This document shows positions 9,627 to 19,189 of a stretch of DNA of 64,000 bases, piece by piece (the first letter of the stretch is position 1; the number at the start of each line of letters is the position of its first letter). This DNA is from Tepidiformaceae bacterium (lineage in GTDB: Bacteria > Chloroflexota > Dehalococcoidia > Tepidiformales > Tepidiformaceae), in the NCBI GenBank assembly GCA_958295975.1, contig OY282446.1, forward strand, positions 595,289 to 659,288, written 5' to 3'. Under the pieces are notes generated by a model. It was not told where the DNA came from and did no database searches. It saw only the letters and a program-made list of their open reading frames with translations. The translations under genes were made by a program, and so were the position numbers.

Positions 9627-9779
9627 GCGTCGTCTCCTCTCGCCCGCGCTCCCGATTCCGGCGCGGCGCGGGGGCGAGGATACACGAGGGCCGCCGCCCG
9701 CGTTCGCGCCGCCATGCCGCCCCGCCACGCGCTAGAGTGGCCCGCGAACGCCGCCCGCGCGGCGCGGAGGAGGAAGCCC

Positions 9780-10826
9780 ATGCGAGCGCTCGTTTACCGC
9801 GGCCACCGGCGCATCGAGGTGGAGCGCGTTCCCGACGCGGAGACGCCCGGTCCCGACGGCGCCCTCGTGCGCACCACCCGCTTCGCCATCTGCGGCTCCG
9901 ACCTGCACGGCTACCACGGCCCCGTGAACGAGGAGCGCATCGGGCGCGCCATGGGCCACGAGTGCATCGGCGAGGTCGTCTCCGTCGGCCCCGAGGTGCG
10001 CCGCTTCCGCGCGGGCGACCGCGTGCTCGTCTCCGCCGTGGTCGGCTGCGGGCGCTGCGAGGCCTGCGCCGCCCTGCTCACGGCGCGCTGCCCCAACCGC
10101 GAGGGGCGCGTGCTCGGCGCCCCCGGGCTCGACGCCGCCCAGGCCGAGGCCATCGGCGTGCCCGCCGCCGACAGCTCCCTGCTGCGCATCCCCGAGGGCG
10201 TCAGCGACGAGCAGGCCGTGCTCCTCACCGACATCCTGCCCACGGGCTACAAGGGCGCGCGCGGGGCCGGCATCCAGCCCGGCGGCGCGGTCGCCGTGGT
10301 GGGCGCGGGCCCGGTGGGGCAGATGGCCATCGAGACGGCCTTCCTCTTCGGCCCCTCGCGCGTCTTCGCCATCGACCAGGCGGCCTACCGGCTGGCCGAG
10401 GCCGAACGGCTCGGCGCCATCCCCATCGACGCCAGCGAGGTCGATCCCGTCGAGGCCGTGCTCGACCAGACCGGCGGGCGCGGCTGCGCCCACGTCGTCG
10501 AGGCCGCGGGCCCGCAGGCCACGGTGCGCATCGCCTTCGGCGTGCTGGCGCACGGCGGCACGCTCTCGCAGGTGGGCGCCACCGCCGATCCGGAGATGAC
10601 CGTGAACCTCATGGCCGTGTTCGGCAAGGACCTCACCTACCGCGTCGGGCTCGTCTCGCCGCAGTTCGCCTGGCCAGAGCTGGTGCCCCTGCTGCGGGAG
10701 GGGAAGCTCCATCCCGAGCGCGTCTTCACCCACCGCCTGCCCATGTCCGAGGGCCCGCGCGGCTACTCCGTCTTCGACGAGCGCCGCGACGGCGTGATCA
10801 AGGTGCTGCTCGACCCCGCGGGCTAA
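9780..10826 (+). CDS. zinc-dependent alcohol dehydrogenase family (MDR) protein
   Basis: MRALVYRGHRRIEVERVPD...CGSDLHGYHG...GHECIGEVVSVG plus a structural-zinc Cys cluster (GCGRCEAC). GGAGGAGGAAG lies upstream of ATG 9780. Confidence 0.85.
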   Translation: MRALVYRGHRRIEVERVPDAETPGPDGALVRTTRFAICGSDLHGYHGPVNEERIGRAMGHECIGEVVSVGPEVRRFRAGDRVLVSAVVGCGRCEACAALLTARCPNREGRVLGAPGLDAAQAEAIGVPAADSSLLRIPEGVSDEQAVLLTDILPTGYKGARGAGIQPGGAVAVVGAGPVGQMAIETAFLFGPSRVFAIDQAAYRLAEAERLGAIPIDASEVDPVEAVLDQTGGRGCAHVVEAAGPQATVRIAFGVLAHGGTLSQVGATADPEMTVNLMAVFGKDLTYRVGLVSPQFAWPELVPLLREGKLHPERVFTHRLPMSEGPRGYSVFDERRDGVIKVLLDPAG

Positions 10827-10833
10827 GGCGCGC

Positions 10834-13167
10834 TCACTCCCCGTCGGGCACGGCGAACTCCACCTCCCACAACGGGCCAGTCCCGTCGTACTGGCCCGTG
10901 CGCACGCTGGCGATGGGGTAGGCGGGCAGGCGTGCCACCGCCACGCAGTTCCCGTCGATGCGCTCCCCGCTCCGCGCCAGGGTGAAGTCGAGGTTCTCGA
11001 AGCCATGCACCCGGCGAGGCGTAGGCAGGTCATCCGGATCGACCGGCTCGACGTGGAGGAAGAAGCGCGCGGCGGCCTCCTCCGCGGAGCACCCCTCCCG
11101 CAGGTACGTGAGCGCGCGTCCGTCGCGGTAGACGCTGAAGACGGAGCGGGCCAGCGGCTCGCTCGCCAGCGCCTCGCGCCGGGCACGCGCAAGGTCGGAC
11201 CGCGCAGGGTCGGGCGTTGCGGGAGCGATGACCCGCCCGTCGGGCGTGAACTCCGCTTCCCAGTGGACGCCGGCGTCGCTGAGCTGGCCCGTGTGGATGC
11301 TGGCGATGGGGTAGTCGGGCAGGCGCGCGATGGCGATGCAGTTCCCGTCGATGCGGGCATCGAAGGGGAAGTCCCGGTTGTCGAAGCCGTACTCCGCGCG
11401 GCCGGGGGGCAGGTCGTCGGCGTCGACGGGCCGGACGTGCAGGAAGAAGCGACTTTCAATGTCCTCCGCCGGGCAGCCATCCCGGAGGTACGTCAGCTCG
11501 CTCCCGTTGCGATGGATGTGGTAGGTGGAACGGACCAGGGGCTCGGTGGCCAGCGCCGCCCGCCGGAGACCGCCGAAATACGCCACCGGATCGACGAAGC
11601 AATCGAGCGTGACAGCATGGATGCGGCTGACGTAGGCGCCGTCCCGGAGGGGAGCGGGACACGGCTGGCCCCGGCGAAGCTCGTAGAAGTTGCGCTCCCC
11701 GGAACGGAAGTCGCGCGTGTTGGTGAACCGCTTGCGGTCATCCGCGTGGAGCAGCCAGCGGCTCTGCACGTACCGGATCGTGACAAAAAGCCTCCCGGAA
11801 TGGTCCCCGGCGATGGCGCCCAGAACGCCCCCCGCGGACTGTCCCGAGAAATTCAGGTCGTAGCGGGAGGCCAGCCGCTCCGGCGTGGTCCGGTCCACGA
11901 GGACGGTGAAATAGTTGTCCTGCTTCGGGTGGACGCGGACCATGGAGACGGCGGTCACGGCGATGGCCGCGCCCGCCAGCGCATACGTCCCCGCGCGCAT
12001 CCACCGCCCGCGCATGGAGCGCGCCAGTTGGTGAAGCCCGAAGATCGCCAGCAGGAGCAGGGGCGCGTACAGGAAGTACAGATGCCGCCAGCCGCTGGAG
12101 ACGTTGCTCTCCAGAACGACGACGGCCACGACCGTGGCCACGGGCAGCGCCAGCAGCAGGAAACCGAAGCGCGGCGGGCCGTTGCGGAACACGTCGCGGG
12201 GGCGGCGCAGCCCGCGCCACGCCAGCGCGATGGCCCCCAGCGCGGCCAGCAGGAGCACGGCGGGCGGCGTCGTGATCCCCACCCACACGGGCACGTAGTC
12301 GAACGGCGGCCCGTCCGGGGCGTACAGCCATTCGCCACGGAACAGGTTGTAGCCCAGCCAGGGGTGAGAGCTGAGCGTCCCGACCAGCTCCGTAAACTGC
12401 CCGATCGGATCGATCCAGAGCGCCGGCAGCGAGGCGTAGTACGTGAGCATGGCGGTCAGCGCGAAGCCCCCGGCGGTCAGCAGGATGCGACTCCGCTCTT
12501 CCCGGCCGGACGCGGCCAGCAGATCCAGCCCGCGCAGGGCGAGCACGGCGGCGAAGAGGATGATCCCCATGATGCGCAGGTTGACGAGGATGCCGATGCC
12601 CGCCCCGCACAGCAGAAAGGCCCCCAGCGTGTCCCGCCGGAAGGCGCGATGGGTGAGGTAGAGCGCAATCATGAACATGGCCGCGAAGGGGATGTCCTTC
12701 GGGTTGAAGAAGGAGTGCGCGTAGAGACGCGGATGCAGCACGAACAGCACCATTCCCGCGAGCGCAAGGACTCTGCTGTTGAATATCCGGTAGACCAGGA
12801 GGTAACAGAAGACTCCGCTGACGAGGAAGAACAGGTGCGTGAGCATGTGCCGGCTGAGCCAGACGTCCCGACGGTCATCCAGACCGGGAATGCGTTCGAC
12901 GAGCACGAACGGCGCTGCGAAGACCGCGCCGTAGTAGCGGTCAAAGGGAGCGTACAACTGGCCGAAAGCGTGCTCGCCGCCGCCCCCGACATAATCGAGT
13001 GCCGCGTTCCCGATTTTCTGCTGGCTCCCCTCGTCGGACCCGACGCCGTAGTCGTCGAGCACGAGCGCGCCGACCAGCAGGAACCCGGCGCACACGGCCG
13101 CGAGTCCCCAGTGGCGGCGCGCGTGGTGGGCGATGCGCTCCGCGGCGGCGGCCGGGCTGTGCGTCAT
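10834..13167 (-). CDS. GT-C fold (PMT_2/ArnT-like) membrane glycosyltransferase with two C-terminal module copies
   Basis: 777 aa and polytopic. It contains the NPKDIPFAAMFMIALYL-type motif. The C-terminus carries two copies of the same ~100-aa module found in 1202..3145 and 3142..5106. GC-rich throughout. Confidence 0.8.
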   Translation of the reverse strand: MTHSPAAAAERIAHHARRHWGLAAVCAGFLLVGALVLDDYGVGSDEGSQQKIGNAALDYVGGGGEHAFGQLYAPFDRYYGAVFAAPFVLVERIPGLDDRRDVWLSRHMLTHLFFLVSGVFCYLLVYRIFNSRVLALAGMVLFVLHPRLYAHSFFNPKDIPFAAMFMIALYLTHRAFRRDTLGAFLLCGAGIGILVNLRIMGIILFAAVLALRGLDLLAASGREERSRILLTAGGFALTAMLTYYASLPALWIDPIGQFTELVGTLSSHPWLGYNLFRGEWLYAPDGPPFDYVPVWVGITTPPAVLLLAALGAIALAWRGLRRPRDVFRNGPPRFGFLLLALPVATVVAVVVLESNVSSGWRHLYFLYAPLLLLAIFGLHQLARSMRGRWMRAGTYALAGAAIAVTAVSMVRVHPKQDNYFTVLVDRTTPERLASRYDLNFSGQSAGGVLGAIAGDHSGRLFVTIRYVQSRWLLHADDRKRFTNTRDFRSGERNFYELRRGQPCPAPLRDGAYVSRIHAVTLDCFVDPVAYFGGLRRAALATEPLVRSTYHIHRNGSELTYLRDGCPAEDIESRFFLHVRPVDADDLPPGRAEYGFDNRDFPFDARIDGNCIAIARLPDYPIASIHTGQLSDAGVHWEAEFTPDGRVIAPATPDPARSDLARARREALASEPLARSVFSVYRDGRALTYLREGCSAEEAAARFFLHVEPVDPDDLPTPRRVHGFENLDFTLARSGERIDGNCVAVARLPAYPIASVRTGQYDGTGPLWEVEFAVPDGE

Positions 13168-13177
13168 GCGCGCCCCG

Positions 13178-13855
13178 CTAGCGCTGGCGCAGGAAGCCGG
13201 TCCAGCGCGGCGGCGCGCCGGGACGCGGCCCGCCGGGCGGCGTCAGCGTGCGCCAGAAGCGCGCCATCAGCGGCTCGTAGGCGCGCCACAGGGCCACCGT
13301 CGCCACCCAGAAGATGGTCCCGCCCGCCCAGACCGCCAGCAACAGCCGCCAGGTCGCCGCCGTGGCCGTGGGCGGCTCCACGTCGCCGGGGCCGCCGCCC
13401 GCCTCCACCGCCACGCGGAACCAGAGCCCGTCCCCGTCGTACACGTCAAACTGCGAGAGCGCGATCGTCGCCGCCGGCACGATGAGCGTGCGCGCCAGCG
13501 CCAGCGCCAGCGCCAGCGCCGCCGCCATGCGCACGTAGCCGTTGCGCCGCAGCAGCCACAGCCCCGCCAGCAGGCTCGGCGCTCCCGCCGCCGCCAGCAG
13601 CAGCCCCGTGCGCCACACGTCGAAGTAGTAGAGGCACGTCTGCGCGATGTTGCCCTGGAAGCGGCACAGTTCGCCCGCCGACAGCCCCAGCGCCTCCGCC
13701 TCCCGCTCCCCGCCGAGGAAGAACAGGAACAGCATGCCCAGCGGGGCCGTGACCAGCGGCGAGACCGTGATCCAGAAGAAGGGCGACCGCCGCGCCAGCC
13801 AGCGCCACGCCCGCGTTGGCGCCCCCGCCCGCGGGGCGGCCTCAGCCCCCGTCAT
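13178..13855 (-). CDS. hypothetical membrane protein
   Basis: 225-aa ORF with several hydrophobic segments and an ATG at 13853-13855. I recognised no family. Confidence 0.5.
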   Translation of the reverse strand: MTGAEAAPRAGAPTRAWRWLARRSPFFWITVSPLVTAPLGMLFLFFLGGEREAEALGLSAGELCRFQGNIAQTCLYYFDVWRTGLLLAAAGAPSLLAGLWLLRRNGYVRMAAALALALALARTLIVPAATIALSQFDVYDGDGLWFRVAVEAGGGPGDVEPPTATAATWRLLLAVWAGGTIFWVATVALWRAYEPLMARFWRTLTPPGGPRPGAPPRWTGFLRQR

Positions 13856-13870
13856 CCCGCCGCCGGACGC

Positions 13871-14305
13871 TCACGTCGAGAGCTTTCCCCAGTCGCCGCT
13901 CAGGTCCGCGGGGCCGCGGTAGAGCGCCTCCAGGCGGCGCGTCTGGATGTGCCAGTGCCCGTCGATGCGCCGGTAGGTGTCGAAGTAGCAGAGCGAGTTC
14001 ATGGTGCGCCCCTCCGCGCGGTTCAGGAACTCGCCCATGTACCAGCGCCCCGTGGCCGCGTCCCCCGTCACGTCGTCGATCACGCCCGAATAGACGTGCA
14101 TGTACACGTTGGGGATGCCGGACATGATGCGCGTCCAGTCGGCCACGATGGCCTCGCGCCCCGTGCGCGCCGTGCGCGTCACCCACTCGCCGTCCGGCGC
14201 CCAGGTGGCGCCCCACGCCTCCGCGTCGAAGCGGTTGACCGCGTCCGCGTAGCGCTCCGCCAGCTCCCGCAGGGCGGTGTAATCCTCGACCGTCGGCGTT
14301 CCCAT
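13871..14305 (-). CDS. SnoaL-like / NTF2-fold protein
   Basis: MGTPTVEDYTALRELAERYADAVNRFDAEAW... is a typical SnoaL-like N-terminus. GAGGAGGA lies upstream of ATG 14303-14305. Confidence 0.7.
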   Translation of the reverse strand: MGTPTVEDYTALRELAERYADAVNRFDAEAWGATWAPDGEWVTRTARTGREAIVADWTRIMSGIPNVYMHVYSGVIDDVTGDAATGRWYMGEFLNRAEGRTMNSLCYFDTYRRIDGHWHIQTRRLEALYRGPADLSGDWGKLST

Positions 14306-14388
14306 GCGATCCTCCTCGCGTCCGTCCAGCCTACGGCATGGCCGCGTACCGTAGAATTCCCCCAAACGGGACGCGGGAGGGATGCCCC

Positions 14389-15153
14389 ATGGACGACACC
14401 GGCGCGTACGAAGGCATGTTGGCCGAAACCATCACCGTTCCGGGCGACGGCGGGGACCGCATCCACGCCTATTTCGCCCGCCCGCTCGGCGCGGGGCCGT
14501 TCCCCGCCATGCTCCTGTTCCACCACATCCCCGGCTGGGACGAGTGGTACCGGGAGCTGGCGCGCCGCTACGCCCACCACGGCTACGTGGCCATCGCCCC
14601 CGACCTCTACTGCCGCGACAGCCACGGCACCGCCGAGGACGTGGCCGCGAAGGTGCGCGCGGAGGGCGGCGCGCCCGACGAGCGCGTGATCGGCGACGCC
14701 GACGGCGCCATCGCCTTCCTGCGCGCGCTCCCCTACGTGAACGGCAGGGTCGGCGTCATGGGCACCTGCTCCGGCGGGCGCCACAGCGTCCTCGTGGCCA
14801 GCCGCTCCCGCGAGGGCGTGGACGCCGCCGTCGACTGCTGGGGCGGCAACGTGGTCACGCCCCCCGAGCGGCTCACCGAGCGCCAGCCCGTCGCCCCCAT
14901 CGACTACACCGCCGACCTGCAGGCGCCCCTGCTCGGCCTCTTCGGCGAAAACGACCGCAGCCCCACGCCGGAACAGGTTGCCGAACACGAAGCCGCCCTG
15001 CGGCGCGCGGGCAAGGAGTACGAGTTCCACATGTACCCGAACGCGGGCCACGGCTTCTTCTACTACCAGTACCCCCAGGCCTACGCCGCCGAAGCCGCCG
15101 TCGATGGCTGGGAGAAGCTTTGGGACTTCCTCGGCCGTCACCTGGCCGCCTGA
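14389..15153 (+). CDS. dienelactone hydrolase family protein
   Basis: IHAYFARPLGAGPFPAMLLFHHIPGWDEW...VGVMGTCSGGRH...PNAGHGFF matches the DLH nucleophile and His regions. Confidence 0.85.
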   Translation: MDDTGAYEGMLAETITVPGDGGDRIHAYFARPLGAGPFPAMLLFHHIPGWDEWYRELARRYAHHGYVAIAPDLYCRDSHGTAEDVAAKVRAEGGAPDERVIGDADGAIAFLRALPYVNGRVGVMGTCSGGRHSVLVASRSREGVDAAVDCWGGNVVTPPERLTERQPVAPIDYTADLQAPLLGLFGENDRSPTPEQVAEHEAALRRAGKEYEFHMYPNAGHGFFYYQYPQAYAAEAAVDGWEKLWDFLGRHLAA

Positions 15154-15167
15154 GCGGGGAGGACGCC

Positions 15168-15431
15168 ATGTGCACCATGATCGCGGAGAAGATCGAGGTG
15201 GCCGGTTCGGGCAAGGCGCGCGACCGCTGGTTCGACCTCGCCCAGACCTACGTCTCCTTCGACCATCCCTTCCACTACCGGCGCGAGCACGCGCTCAGCC
15301 TCGATTTCGTGAACGAGTCGCTGGGGCCGGGCGCGCGCGTGGCGGTGGAGCTGGCGCCGGACGCGGCGCGCGCCCTGGCCGCGGCCATCCTCCGCATCCT
15401 CGACGAGGGCGCGAAGGCCGAGGGCGCGTGA
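15168..15431 (+). CDS. small conserved hypothetical protein (MCT... N-terminus; from memory resembles DUF6295-type proteins)
   Basis: 87 aa with GGGGAGGA upstream of the ATG and high GC3. Its TGA (15429-15431) overlaps the ATG (15431-15433) of the Fic gene by 1 nt. The family name is recalled, not searched. Confidence 0.6.
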   Translation: MCTMIAEKIEVAGSGKARDRWFDLAQTYVSFDHPFHYRREHALSLDFVNESLGPGARVAVELAPDAARALAAAILRILDEGAKAEGA

Positions 15432-16919
15432 TGGGGGAGAACACGCCCGTCATCGCCCACGAGTGGCGCCGGATCGCGGACCTGCCGGAGAACTGGCGTG
15501 ACCTCTGCCGCCACGACCTCCACGCCGTCCACCGCCAGTGGGTCGATGACCGCGACCTCATCAAGGATCCGGCTAAGCTGGATGCGTTTCAGGATCGTCT
15601 CCATATGCTGTGGGCTATCGAAACGGGCATCATCGAACGCCTCTACCCTGGCGAACGTGGTATTACGGTTCAAATCGCGGCAGCGGGGCTGGAGGCGCTT
15701 GGCCAGTTTCATGCAAGGAAGCTCATCTCCGCTGATGCCCGCGCGCTGATCACGGACCAGCGCGCGGCGCTGGACATGGTCATGGACCTCGTTGGGGGGC
15801 GGCAGGAGCTGACGGCGTTCTTCATCAGGTCTCTCCATGATCAGCTTGCCCGCAGCCAGCAAACGCGCGATGCGGAGGACCAGTTCGGGAAACGCGCTGC
15901 GGGTTCCGCTCTTGAAAGGAGAATGGAAGAAACAGCCGAACAACCCCCGACGTCGCGAAGGATCGATCCACCAGTATTGCCCGCCGGAGTTCGTCCAGGA
16001 CGAGATCGATCAGCTGCTGGTCTGGCACGGGGAGCACGCTGTCGACGAGGTCTGCCCCGAAGTCGAGGCCGCTTGGCTCCACCACCGCTTCGCGCAGATT
16101 CACCCGTTCCAAGACGGCAACGGCCGCGTCGCGCGGGCGCTCGCCGTGGCTGTCTTCCTGAAAGCAGGCCACCTCGCCTTGGTTGTTCGGGACGAGCACA
16201 GGGATCGCTACCTCGGTGCACTTGAAGCCGCCGACGCTGGTGATCTGAAGCCCCTCGTCGATCTCTTCGCCGACATCCAGGTCGCTGACCTTCGTGATGC
16301 GATGAAGTCCATCCTCGAACTCCGTGGCGAGACGATTGTGACCGTCACGGACACACTCGCGGAACGCGCGCGACGGCGCAGGGATGTTCTCCGCAAGCGT
16401 GCTGCTGGCACCATGGACGGCCTGCTTCGGATCGTGCAGGCCCGTTTCGAGGAATCCGGGGCTGAACTGCATCGCGCCTTCGGGGAGAACGGAATGGCTG
16501 TTTCCGTCCAGGTGCGTTCCGACGATGAGCATCCGCAGGAGAACAGTCGTGAATGGTGGTCCTGGCAGATCATCGAGACCGCGAAGGCCCACGATCACTT
16601 TGCCGACCTCGACCGTCCCCGCCGCTGGGTGGCGCTCTATCTGGTTCTGCCGGAAATCAGGGAGGCTACCCGGTTTGTCGTTTCTATCCATGCCGTCGGG
16701 CGCGCCGCCGACTTGCACGTGGTCACGGCCTTCCTCACGAATCCGGTGACAAGCGGCGGGGACGACGAGCCCAGGCGTTGGGAAAGCCGGGTGGTTTCCG
16801 AACGCCCCTTCCGGTTCCGCGCGGAGACAGACAAGGTGGAGGATATCGACAGCCAGTTCCGCGCCTGGCTCGAGGAGACCATCGGGGCCGGCCTGAGCAC
16901 CTGGGGCGAGCGGCTGTAG
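15431..16919 (+). pseudogene. Fic/DOC family protein interrupted by a +1 frameshift
   Basis: The N-terminal part is in frame 2 from ATG 15431 (...FIRSLHDQLARSQQTRDAEDQFG). The Fic core is in frame 3 (GEWKKQPN...PPEFVQDEIDQLL...HPFQDGNGRVARAL, matching HxFx(D/E)GNGRxxR). The switch must lie at about 15860-15925, and the GGGAAA run at 15887-15892 is a candidate site. Confidence 0.7.
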
Positions 16920-16974
16920 CGCCGTCGCGCCGGGGGCGTATCCTGTGGGCCACCGCCAACCACGGAGCCTTGCC

Positions 16975-18609
16975 ATGAAAGCCGAAGTCCATCCCCTCAG
17001 CGGCGCCACCTACACCGAGCTCGGCGACGGCCTCGTGCGCGTCGAGAAGGCCCGCAAGTACGGCGTCTTCAAGTGGGACGGCCACCACGTCGAGGGCGAC
17101 CTCACGCACGCCGACCCCCACCTGCTGCAGTGGGTGGGCGGGCCCGAGCTGCCCGCCGAGGCGAACGAGAACGACCCGCGCCGCCTCGCCCGCATGCAGA
17201 GCGCCGCCGCCGCCGAGGCCCAGTACGCGGGCGGCACCGCCCTCGCCGGCGACGAGCTCGACGAGGCCTTCACGCGCTACACCGGCGACCCCGGCCGCGC
17301 CACGCCCGCCGGGCCGCGCTCCTCCGGCATCTCCTTCATGGAGCTGCTCGACGGCGACCAGTACCCGGAGCGCATCCCCGAGACGCTGCGCATGGAGTCC
17401 TCCCAGCCCGGCGGCGTGCGCAAGGTCCCCACCGAGCGCTACACCAGCAAGGAGTGGCACGACCTCGAGGTCGAACGCCTCTGGAAGCGCGTCTGGCAGA
17501 TGGCCTGCCACGTGGACGACATCCCCGAGGTGGGCGACTACGTCGTCTACGACGTGGCCCACCTCTCGTGGATCGTGGCGCGCACGGGCGCGGACGAGTT
17601 CAAGGCCTTCAACAACGCCTGCCTCCACCGCGGACGCCAGCTGCGCGAGTTCGACGGCAGGGGGGCCACGGAGTTCCGCTGCCCCTTCCACGGCTGGTGC
17701 TGGGAGATCGACGGCGCCCTGCGCGAAATCCCCTCGGAGTGGGACTTCCCCGAGGTGCGCGAGGACGCGGGCCATCTGCGCGAGGCCCAAACGGCCACCT
17801 GGGGCGGCTTCGTCTTCATCAACCCCGACCCCGCCTGCGAGCCCTTCGCGGAGTTCCTCGGCGACCTGCCCCGGCACTACGAGAAGTACGACTACGAGAA
17901 GAAGTACAAGCAGATGCACGTGGCCAAGGTGGTGCGCGCCAACTGGAAGACGAACCAGGAAGCCTTCATGGAGGGCTACCACATCATCGCCACCCATCCG
18001 CAGCTCATGATCTACGGCGGCGACGGGGCGAACCACCAGTACGATTCGTTCGGCAACTGGTCGCGCGCGGTCACCATCGCCGCGCGCTCCAGCCCCCACC
18101 GCGGCATCCATCCCTCGCGCGAGGAGATCTTCGCCACGCGCCACCGCATGGCGGACATGATGCGCGAGAGCCTGCGCGAGGTCGTCGGCGACCGCGTCGA
18201 CGCCTACTGCGACGCCGAGCTCATCGACGGGCAGTACAACAACCTCTTCCCCAACTTCCACCCGTGGGGCTCCTTCAGCCGCATCGTCTACCGCTTCCGC
18301 CCGTACGGGAACGACCCCGACATGAGCATCATGGAGGTCATCTACCTCGCGCCCTGGCCGGAGGGCGAGGAGAAGCCGCCTGCCGCCCCCATCCACTGGC
18401 TCGGCCCCGACGATCCCTGGACCGACGCCCCCGAGATGGGCGGCCTCGCGCGCGTCCTCAACCAGGACAGCTACAACCTGCCGAAGGTGCAGAAGGGCCT
18501 GAAGACGAAGGCCGACCCCTACATTTACCTCGCCGCCTACGAGGAGGGGAAGCTGCGCCACTTCCACCACCTCTACGACCAGTGGGTGGCCTTCGACCGT
18601 CAGGTCTAG
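16975..18609 (+). CDS. Rieske [2Fe-2S] oxygenase alpha subunit with ~130-aa N-terminal extension
   Basis: CLHRGRQL...CPFHGWCWE Rieske motif. ATG 16975 follows ACGGAG. The alternative GTG at 16945 is also possible. Confidence 0.85.
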   Translation: MKAEVHPLSGATYTELGDGLVRVEKARKYGVFKWDGHHVEGDLTHADPHLLQWVGGPELPAEANENDPRRLARMQSAAAAEAQYAGGTALAGDELDEAFTRYTGDPGRATPAGPRSSGISFMELLDGDQYPERIPETLRMESSQPGGVRKVPTERYTSKEWHDLEVERLWKRVWQMACHVDDIPEVGDYVVYDVAHLSWIVARTGADEFKAFNNACLHRGRQLREFDGRGATEFRCPFHGWCWEIDGALREIPSEWDFPEVREDAGHLREAQTATWGGFVFINPDPACEPFAEFLGDLPRHYEKYDYEKKYKQMHVAKVVRANWKTNQEAFMEGYHIIATHPQLMIYGGDGANHQYDSFGNWSRAVTIAARSSPHRGIHPSREEIFATRHRMADMMRESLREVVGDRVDAYCDAELIDGQYNNLFPNFHPWGSFSRIVYRFRPYGNDPDMSIMEVIYLAPWPEGEEKPPAAPIHWLGPDDPWTDAPEMGGLARVLNQDSYNLPKVQKGLKTKADPYIYLAAYEEGKLRHFHHLYDQWVAFDRQV

Positions 18610-18619
18610 CGCCCGCGCC

Positions 18620-18814
18620 GTGCCGCCACGCCGCTGCGCCTTCTGCCCCGCCCCGCCGATCGGGGAGGCGGCGGTCTCCAGCTGGCGCGACGACCCCGCC
18701 GACGTGCGCCGCGAGACCATCGCCCTCTGCCGCAAGCACCTGCTGCGCCTGCGAAAGGCGGGCGCGACGGGCCACCTCCACCGCGGCCTGCGCTACAAGG
18801 AGGGCTTCTGGTAG
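18620..18814 (+). CDS. small Cys-rich hypothetical protein
   Basis: 64 codons from GTG 18620. Nearly every codon ends in G/C, which is strong GC3 evidence for coding. It has CAFC...CRKH (CxxC...CxxH). Its 3' end overlaps the convergent ferredoxin gene by 22 nt. Confidence 0.4.
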   Translation: MPPRRCAFCPAPPIGEAAVSSWRDDPADVRRETIALCRKHLLRLRKAGATGHLHRGLRYKEGFW

Positions 18815-19182
18815 AGCGGGTTCTCGCCGATGAGGCGGTCGGGAAGGGGACGCCCCCGCCCCAGCTCCGCGGCGATGAGGCGGTCGAGCGCGGGCGCGTC
18901 CAGCCCCGCGTACCAGCGGCCCTCCGGGTAGACGACGGCCACGGGACCGTCGCGGCAGACGCGCAGGCAGCCGACCTTCGTGCGGTAGATCGGCGGCCCC
19001 GCGCCGCGCGCGTTCAGCTCGCCCACGCCGCGCTTCAGCCGCGCCCAGGCGGCGGCGCCCGCCTCCGGCGTACAGCAGTCCGGCCCCGTGCAGAGGAAGA
19101 CGTGGCGTCCGTAGCCGCCCACGCCGCGCCGTCGCGCCTCGGCGCGCGCCTCCGCCAGCCCGTCGTCTCCGGCGTCCGGCAC
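18793..19182 (-). CDS. thioredoxin-like [2Fe-2S] ferredoxin domain protein
   Basis: HVFLCTGPDCC...CLRVCRDGPVAVVYPEGRWY pattern. GTG 19180-19182 lies 7 nt after the stop of the upstream ABM-like gene. The rest of the 330-aa listed ORF is Arg/Pro-rich shadow. Confidence 0.7.
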   Translation of the reverse strand: MPDAGDDGLAEARAEARRRGVGGYGRHVFLCTGPDCCTPEAGAAAWARLKRGVGELNARGAGPPIYRTKVGCLRVCRDGPVAVVYPEGRWYAGLDAPALDRLIAAELGRGRPLPDRLIGENPLYQKPSL

Positions 19183-19189
19183 GGGGCCG

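Noticed and set aside
15431-15890. A search for the Fic inhibitory helix motif (S/T)xxxE(G/N) in the 87-aa upstream ORF and in the N-terminal domain of the Fic gene.
   Set aside because: There is no exact match. RILDEG has Arg rather than Ser/Thr at position -4, and WAIETG has Thr after the Glu. The sequence alone therefore does not support a class I or class II Fic toxin-antitoxin interpretation.
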